A DNA stretch of 64,000 nucleotides from Candidatus Cloacimonadales bacterium. GTDB lineage: Bacteria > Cloacimonadota > Cloacimonadia > Cloacimonadales > JAIOQZ01. Under the pieces are notes generated by a model. It did no database searches, had not been told where the DNA came from, and saw only the letters and a program-made list of their open reading frames with translations. Location: positions 3,136,001 to 3,200,000 of the forward strand of contig CAXXTU010000002.1 of assembly GCA_963662655.2 (NCBI GenBank), in the 5' to 3' direction. The stretch's first letter is position 1, and each line of letters starts with the position of its first letter. Below, in pieces: positions 58,280-64,000 of the stretch. Both the position numbers and the translations under genes were made by a program.

Positions 58280-60497
58280 AGATCTTGCTACAATAATTAG
58301 TGAGGCTGTAGATACATTTAGGCTGGGTAAAGTCAGCCAGGCTTTGGAGTCTTTTACAAAGGCATTAGATTTGGCTCAGCAGCAAAACGATCCGGTCAAA
58401 ATTGCCAGTTGCAACAATAAAATCGGCGTGTGCCACTTGCAGCTGAATCAGTATAAGCTGGCTATTGACTACCTGCAAAAAGCCCTGGAACTGCACCTGT
58501 TGCAGAATAACGAAGAAGAAGTTACAAGAGAGAAGACCTATCTGGGCTTATCCCACTTCTGGTTGGGGCAATACACTACAGCCCTGGTTTTTTATGAAGA
58601 TGCCGGACAGGCTTACACGGATAAAACCGATTCGGTTGCCTATGCCAGCCTTAGGAACATGATGGGCATGGCTCGCCAGCAGATGGGAGATTACCCCGGG
58701 GCATTAAACGACCTTCTAGCCGCTCTTAAGATACTGCAGACCGGTGGTGATGTATCTGCCCTGTCAACCGCAACGCTTAATATTGGTATGCTTTATATCA
58801 GCCTTAAGAACTATGAGCAGGCTGCCGAGTTTACCTCCCAGGCCCTTGAGCTTGGCCGACAAGTAAACAACACCTCTACCATTGCCTCCGCTTTGGCCAA
58901 CCTGGGCAGTATTAGTTCGAACCAAGAACAATATCAGCTGGCTTTGGACTATTACCAGCAGGCCTTGGCACTAGCTTTGGCCCATAATAACAAATACGTG
59001 GAAGCCAACATGATGCTTAATATTGGCCTGGCTTATAAACATCTGCAACAGCATTCCCTTAGCAGAGAGCACCTGACCCTCGCTCTGGAGCAGCAACGCC
59101 GACAGGGATCTTTGGACGGCATTGTTAAGTGTTTGCTAAGCCTAAGCGATTTGGAGCAAGACTCTGGTGACCTGTCCAAAGCCTTGGAATATGCCATCGA
59201 TAGCGAGGAACTGGCCCGGCAAAACGAAAACCTGGCTAACCTGCCTGGATGTTATAAGCACTTGGCTAAAATTTATGAACGCTTACACCGTTACAAAAAG
59301 ACTATCGATTACTGGAAAAAGGTGCTGGAAGCCGAAAAGCAGCTGTGGAACCAGCAAAGCCAAAAGCAACTGGCGGAACTACAGGCTCGTTACGAGGTAG
59401 AGCAAAAGCAGAAGGAGGCAGAATTTTTCCGCCAGAAAGCTCAGGTACTGGAAACACAAAATGCCCTGATTGAACAACAGAAGAATGAGCTTTCCGCCGC
59501 CTTGGATAAACTCAGAGCCAGCGAGATCAAGTACGAAACCATAGACACTGAGCTGCATCGTAAAATTGGGAGAGACCTAATAGGCCAAAGCCAGGCTATA
59601 ACAAACATTATGCATTTAATTGCCATTGTGGCCCAAAGCGACAGTACGAACGTACTTATTATTGGTGAAAGCGGTACCGGCAAAGAGATTGTAGCCCGGC
59701 AGATTCACAACTTAAGTAACCGCAGCAAGCACAATTTCTTCGGGGTTAACACCGCGGCTATCCCTGAAAGTCTGTTTGAAAGTGAGTTTTTTGGATACGA
59801 AAAAAACGCTTTTACCAATGCCGACCAACAACACATCGGCTGGTTCGAGATAGCCAACCAAGGCACTCTGTTTCTGGATGAGATTGGCTCTATGCCACTT
59901 GATCATCAGGTTAAATTGCTGCGGGTGCTGGAAGAGCGGAAGATAGTGCGCCTGGGCTCTCATAAGGAGATACCAGTAAGCGCTCGTCTGGTAAGTGCTA
60001 CCAATTTAAACTTGAATAATCAGGTGCAAAAGGGGCAATTCAGGGAAGATCTTTATCACAGGATATCCACCTTTGTTATCCAGATCCCACCTCTGCGCGA
60101 ACGCCTCGAAGACATCCCGGTGCTGCTAAAGCACTTTGTGAAGATGTTCAGCACCCAGCTAAACAAGCGGATCACCCGTATTGACCCTGCAGTTATAACC
60201 GCTCTTAGGCAATACAACTTCCCCGGAAACGTGCGTGAGCTAAAAAACCTGGTGGAACGCGCGGTGATTGTTGCCCAGTCTTCCACCCTGAAACCCGGGC
60301 ATTTTTTGATACCGGGATGTCAACAAATGGACATTCCCGCGGCTGGGATTGTACCCTTGCACGAGATGGAGAAAAAAGCTATTGTGCGAGCCTTGCAGGC
60401 CACTAATAACCACATATCTGATGCGGCAGAACTACTACAGATAGAACGCCGTGCCTTGTCCCGGCGCATGAGCAAGTATGGCATTACCAAAATTTAG
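58266..60497 (+). CDS. TPR-sensor sigma-54-dependent transcriptional activator (bEBP)
   Basis: N-terminal TPR array and coiled coil; GESGTGKE, NAFTNA (GAFTGA variant), LFLDEIG, FREDLYHR, PGNVREL; C-terminal Fis-type HTH. GGGGAG RBS before ATG 58266. Confidence 0.92.
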   Translation: MQQSEDLATIISEAVDTFRLGKVSQALESFTKALDLAQQQNDPVKIASCNNKIGVCHLQLNQYKLAIDYLQKALELHLLQNNEEEVTREKTYLGLSHFWLGQYTTALVFYEDAGQAYTDKTDSVAYASLRNMMGMARQQMGDYPGALNDLLAALKILQTGGDVSALSTATLNIGMLYISLKNYEQAAEFTSQALELGRQVNNTSTIASALANLGSISSNQEQYQLALDYYQQALALALAHNNKYVEANMMLNIGLAYKHLQQHSLSREHLTLALEQQRRQGSLDGIVKCLLSLSDLEQDSGDLSKALEYAIDSEELARQNENLANLPGCYKHLAKIYERLHRYKKTIDYWKKVLEAEKQLWNQQSQKQLAELQARYEVEQKQKEAEFFRQKAQVLETQNALIEQQKNELSAALDKLRASEIKYETIDTELHRKIGRDLIGQSQAITNIMHLIAIVAQSDSTNVLIIGESGTGKEIVARQIHNLSNRSKHNFFGVNTAAIPESLFESEFFGYEKNAFTNADQQHIGWFEIANQGTLFLDEIGSMPLDHQVKLLRVLEERKIVRLGSHKEIPVSARLVSATNLNLNNQVQKGQFREDLYHRISTFVIQIPPLRERLEDIPVLLKHFVKMFSTQLNKRITRIDPAVITALRQYNFPGNVRELKNLVERAVIVAQSSTLKPGHFLIPGCQQMDIPAAGIVPLHEMEKKAIVRALQATNNHISDAAELLQIERRALSRRMSKYGITKI

Positions 60498-60637
60498 TGT
60501 CCGGAATTGGACATTGCATCTTGGAGCCAGGCCTTTTATGATAACTACACTATTCGAAACCCTTTAGCCCATGTATAGATCAGGCAGGTCCTTTTCAGGA
60601 CTTGTGTCTATCAGGTAAAAAAAGTCCATTTATGGAC
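60498..60637. promoter_or_regulatory. Three GTCC-N6-GGAC palindromes, candidate enhancer (UAS) sites
   Basis: GTCC-ggaatt-GGAC at 60499-60512, GTCC-ttttca-GGAC at 60588-60601, GTCC-atttat-GGAC at 60624-60637. Confidence 0.7.
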
Positions 60638-60723
60638 AATATTTCACCTATCTTGTACCCGGTTTTCTCCCCTCCTGGCCACGCTCTATGCGTAACTCAT
60701 TGCCATTTATATAAATATGTTAC

Positions 60724-60739
60724 TGGCACTCTTGCTGCT
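60724..60739 (+). promoter_or_regulatory. Sigma-54 (-24/-12) promoter
   Basis: TGGCACTCTTGCTGCT has GG-N10-GC with a TGGCAC -24 box and lies just upstream of a GGAGGAG RBS. Confidence 0.8.
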
Positions 60740-60761
60740 ATAGTAAACTGGAGGAGTGAAT

Positions 60762-61052
60762 ATGAACGTTTTATTGTACAAGGTTGGATCAAATCTGGAA
60801 TCATTAGTAAAGATACTGCAAGAAGTGGAGCGAATAAGCCTATTTTTTGGCTACAGCCTAACGGAGGGGCAATTGATTATTAGAGACTACCATCCTCAAG
60901 TGGTTATAACTAACAATCCAGACCAGATAGCACAACTAAATCCGTCAAACATTCAAACAAGGTTCCTATTTGTATCGCAGCAAAGCGGGAAAGAGATACT
61001 AGCTGCTGTAAAAGCGGTGAAAGAACAAGCATACAAGGAGATGAAGAGATGA
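60762..61052 (+). CDS. Small hypothetical protein, possibly a degenerate receiver-like fold
   Basis: Strong RBS; ATGA coupling to the next gene; alternating beta/alpha pattern but no clear phosphoacceptor motif. Confidence 0.65.
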   Translation: MNVLLYKVGSNLESLVKILQEVERISLFFGYSLTEGQLIIRDYHPQVVITNNPDQIAQLNPSNIQTRFLFVSQQSGKEILAAVKAVKEQAYKEMKR

Positions 61053-64000
61053 GATTTGTCATAATATTCTTAGTTATTGCCCTGTTTGGGGTAACCCTGG
61101 CACCCGCCTTATGGGCTAATTCTCTACCGAAACACGCTGATGCTATAGATGGCATTACCAGCCAGATCATCCAACGCCCAGCCCAGCGAAACGCAGGTTA
61201 TGCCCTGCACTTCAACGGTACGAACCAGTACATGTATGTTTTTCACGATGATATTGGCAACCCGGCTGGCAACTTCACCATTGAAGTTTGGGCCAAACTT
61301 ACTGCTTACCCAAGCGGTAATGCTGATATAATTTCCAAGCACACGTTTCTCGAGGGATTCAGAAGTGGCTACTTTATTGAGTACAACCCCGAACTTGGAA
61401 TAACAGCCGGAATAGGTAAAGGTTCTGGTTGGACTACTACAGAGGGAACTACTTGGGAATTAAACGAATGGCATCATGTAGTAATGACATTTCTGGCTTC
61501 AAACAGGCGAATAGAGTTATGGGACAACGGCAATAAAGTTGATACTAAGTATGCTCCAAGTGTACAATTTTGCGATGAACAATTTGTGATTGGAGGATCA
61601 AGACACTATGGCAACTTCTGGCCTGGTGTAGTTGACGAAGTGCGGTACTGGAGCAGTGTTCGCACTACAGACCAGATCAGGGAAAACAGGTTTATTCCTG
61701 TTTCCAGCACAGAGGCGTACTTGGAATGTTACTGGAAGTTTGATGAGAATACAAGTAACTGGAGTTATGATGAGGTTAATGGTTACCCCGCTACAATGTT
61801 TAATGGCAATGTTAATGAATGGGTAACCTCCGATATTATTTTCGGTGAAGGCGTGTCTGATACATACAACAGCAACAACGGTAATTTGGTGTTAGAAGGG
61901 ATAGATATGACATTCCAATCGGTACAGGGTAGCAGCATTGTAGTATACAAAATGGATGGTGCGCCCAACGTAGAACCGCAGGGCGAAATTATACTGTTTG
62001 ACAGCAATTACTGGATAACTGAGCCTTTTGGAAATGTGAACGCAGTTTATGACATAGTTTTTTACCCAACTGAACAACTAACCCAGATTGATCATTCCCA
62101 CCCTGAATTAATCTGGTTGTATCACAGAGATACGTTATCCAATGGAGAATGGGAGTTTTTAAGTGCAGCAAGTTCTGTTGATGAAGATTTGAGCCATATA
62201 ACTTTTAATGATCTGCCGGCTGGAGGCCAGTTCATTATTGCCAGGGCAATTCCGCAGGATATTGACGTACAGAGCAGCCTGGATTTTGGGGAAGTGTATT
62301 TGAACAACACTTACAATCAGACATTTTATATCCGCAACCAGGGACCGCATCTGCTTGTTGTAAGCGAAATCAGCGTAGCGAACTCTGATTTTGTAATACA
62401 ACCTACCCAATGCTCTATTGCCGCACAAGACAGTTGTGAGATACATGTTACTTTGACAGTATCCGATTATACCACCTATAATGAGCAAATAATAATCACC
62501 TCGGACGATCCGGACGAGGAAACAGTGCAGGTAGCTCTACAGGCAAACACCGTTCCTGCCAGGATTAAGTTGGCAGACGGTCAGGAGTTCAGTCTTGCAC
62601 AACAGAACTTCTGCGGAATCGACGTTAGCGGGAGTTATGCCTCGCCCGTTGTTATTGATTTTAATCACGACGGTTTGTTAGAACTGTTCATCGGTGCCAG
62701 CAGTGGGTGTATAAACATGTATGAACAACGTTCATTTGGCTCAATGCGGTTTGATTTCGTTACTGGCGAGTTCAATAATATAAACTACTCACAGTGCAAC
62801 GACCTGGCTACGATGGATTTCAATAACAACAATCATCCGGAGCTTTTGTTTTCCACATCTGAAGACGGTATCAAACGCTGGGAACAAACAGTGGGGCTAG
62901 ACACTATCCAGTTAAGCGACCTTATAACAGGCTACGTCAATTATACAGAACCGCATATCTGCGCGGCAGATATCAACGATGATGATTACTGGGATATGTT
63001 TTTAGGTACAACCAACAACCAACTACTTTACTTTCGGCAAAATGCATTGGCATCCCCCAGTTTTTTCCCACATTCATCACATGATTTACCCTCAATTTTC
63101 GACCACTTAAAACCAGCAATAGGTGACCTGGATAATGATGGCCTGTATGATCTTGTTGTCGGTACTAATAACGGGCATATAGAACATTGGGAACAAAGCT
63201 CGTACCATAGCTTAAACTTTACATATATGGGTTATGACCTGATTAGTTATTGCCATCCCTACAGCAACCCTTATATATGTGACCTGGATGGCGACGGCCT
63301 AAAAGAAGTTCTGGTTGGTTACGGTAATGGTAGCTTAAACCTGTTCACCATGCCTGGCCTACACTCGGTTGATTTTAGAACCATGCAGGTGGGCCAACCA
63401 AGGGTTAAAAAATACCTGTTGGGATTTACCCAAACCAGTGCCGACGTTAGTTTAACCTGCCCTGCTGGAGTTATGGCAGCGACTAACCCGGATGGGCCCT
63501 TCGCCCAAACCATTACTTTTAGCAATCCCCAATCTAACTACGGCGTAGATTTGTACTTACAAGCACTTTTGGAGGTGGAAGGCGATCTCGAAGGTGATCT
63601 TGTAATAAGTACAAACGGATGCGCACCTTACACGGTGAGCATCAATGGAGGTGCTTACTATATTGACCAGGATCCGGGTACTGCCTTAGAGTTCAACAGC
63701 ATTGACCAAACTGTATTTATCTCGAATGATTTGATTGGTCCCCCCCAGGGTGATTTTAGCTATGAGTGTTGGGCTAAGTTGGATGAACTACCTACAAACA
63801 ACAGATTCCTGATTTCTACTCACTTTAACGCTGGTGGCTCGAAAAGGGGTGGTTATGTGCTGCAATACACTCCCGGTAACGGCGTAACGGCTATTATTGG
63901 TACCAATTCCGGTTGGTTTTCAGTACCTGATGGGACTGACTGGAATGTAGGCCAGTGGTATTATGTAGCGTTTACATATAATAGTGCGGCCAACCAAATG
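61049..64000 (+). CDS. Large secreted LamG + ASH/Ig + FG-GAP repeat protein (truncated by the window end)
   Basis: Not in the ORF track. Manual translation MRFVIIFLVIALFG...ALHFNG...FTIEVW...WHHVV...VDEVRYW...YWKFDE; LDFGEV; DFNHDG, DLDNDG, DLDGDG; second LamG (ALEFNS...FSYECW...WYYVAFTY). Open to 64000. Confidence 0.9.
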   Translation, partial: MRFVIIFLVIALFGVTLAPALWANSLPKHADAIDGITSQIIQRPAQRNAGYALHFNGTNQYMYVFHDDIGNPAGNFTIEVWAKLTAYPSGNADIISKHTFLEGFRSGYFIEYNPELGITAGIGKGSGWTTTEGTTWELNEWHHVVMTFLASNRRIELWDNGNKVDTKYAPSVQFCDEQFVIGGSRHYGNFWPGVVDEVRYWSSVRTTDQIRENRFIPVSSTEAYLECYWKFDENTSNWSYDEVNGYPATMFNGNVNEWVTSDIIFGEGVSDTYNSNNGNLVLEGIDMTFQSVQGSSIVVYKMDGAPNVEPQGEIILFDSNYWITEPFGNVNAVYDIVFYPTEQLTQIDHSHPELIWLYHRDTLSNGEWEFLSAASSVDEDLSHITFNDLPAGGQFIIARAIPQDIDVQSSLDFGEVYLNNTYNQTFYIRNQGPHLLVVSEISVANSDFVIQPTQCSIAAQDSCEIHVTLTVSDYTTYNEQIIITSDDPDEETVQVALQANTVPARIKLADGQEFSLAQQNFCGIDVSGSYASPVVIDFNHDGLLELFIGASSGCINMYEQRSFGSMRFDFVTGEFNNINYSQCNDLATMDFNNNNHPELLFSTSEDGIKRWEQTVGLDTIQLSDLITGYVNYTEPHICAADINDDDYWDMFLGTTNNQLLYFRQNALASPSFFPHSSHDLPSIFDHLKPAIGDLDNDGLYDLVVGTNNGHIEHWEQSSYHSLNFTYMGYDLISYCHPYSNPYICDLDGDGLKEVLVGYGNGSLNLFTMPGLHSVDFRTMQVGQPRVKKYLLGFTQTSADVSLTCPAGVMAATNPDGPFAQTITFSNPQSNYGVDLYLQALLEVEGDLEGDLVISTNGCAPYTVSINGGAYYIDQDPGTALEFNSIDQTVFISNDLIGPPQGDFSYECWAKLDELPTNNRFLISTHFNAGGSKRGGYVLQYTPGNGVTAIIGTNSGWFSVPDGTDWNVGQWYYVAFTYNSAANQM

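Overview
Bacterial chromosomal window from an anaerobe. Candidatus Cloacimonadota is the most likely source; this is inferred from the FlgD-type C-terminal domains, the C25 gingipain-like proteases and the secreted deiminase. Left part: an oxidative-stress cluster (mutM-fprA-ferritin-desulfoferrodoxin-rubrerythrin), a C25 protease plus peptidylarginine/agmatine deiminase pair, mnmE and dxs, a DEAD/DUF1998 helicase with an inserted HNH domain divergent from a SprT-like gene, peptidase-dapB-dapF, an isolated flhF-flhG pair and three secreted FlgD-CTD proteins. Centre: a 7014-aa cadherin/Ig-repeat adhesin with a type-B (CHU_C-like) T9SS-style CTD, followed by a PorP/SprF-like protein that unusually ends in a Pro/Glu spacer, a transmembrane helix and a basic tail. 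Right part (compositionally different): transposase-like remnants, then a TPR sigma-54 activator with three GTCC-N6-GGAC palindromes and a -24/-12 promoter upstream of a large LamG/FG-GAP surface protein that runs off the window. Two families of structured intergenic repeats are present: a 188-bp covarying long hairpin and a four-way-junction element. No rRNA, tRNA or CRISPR array was recognised. All family assignments come from motif recognition by eye, not from database searches.
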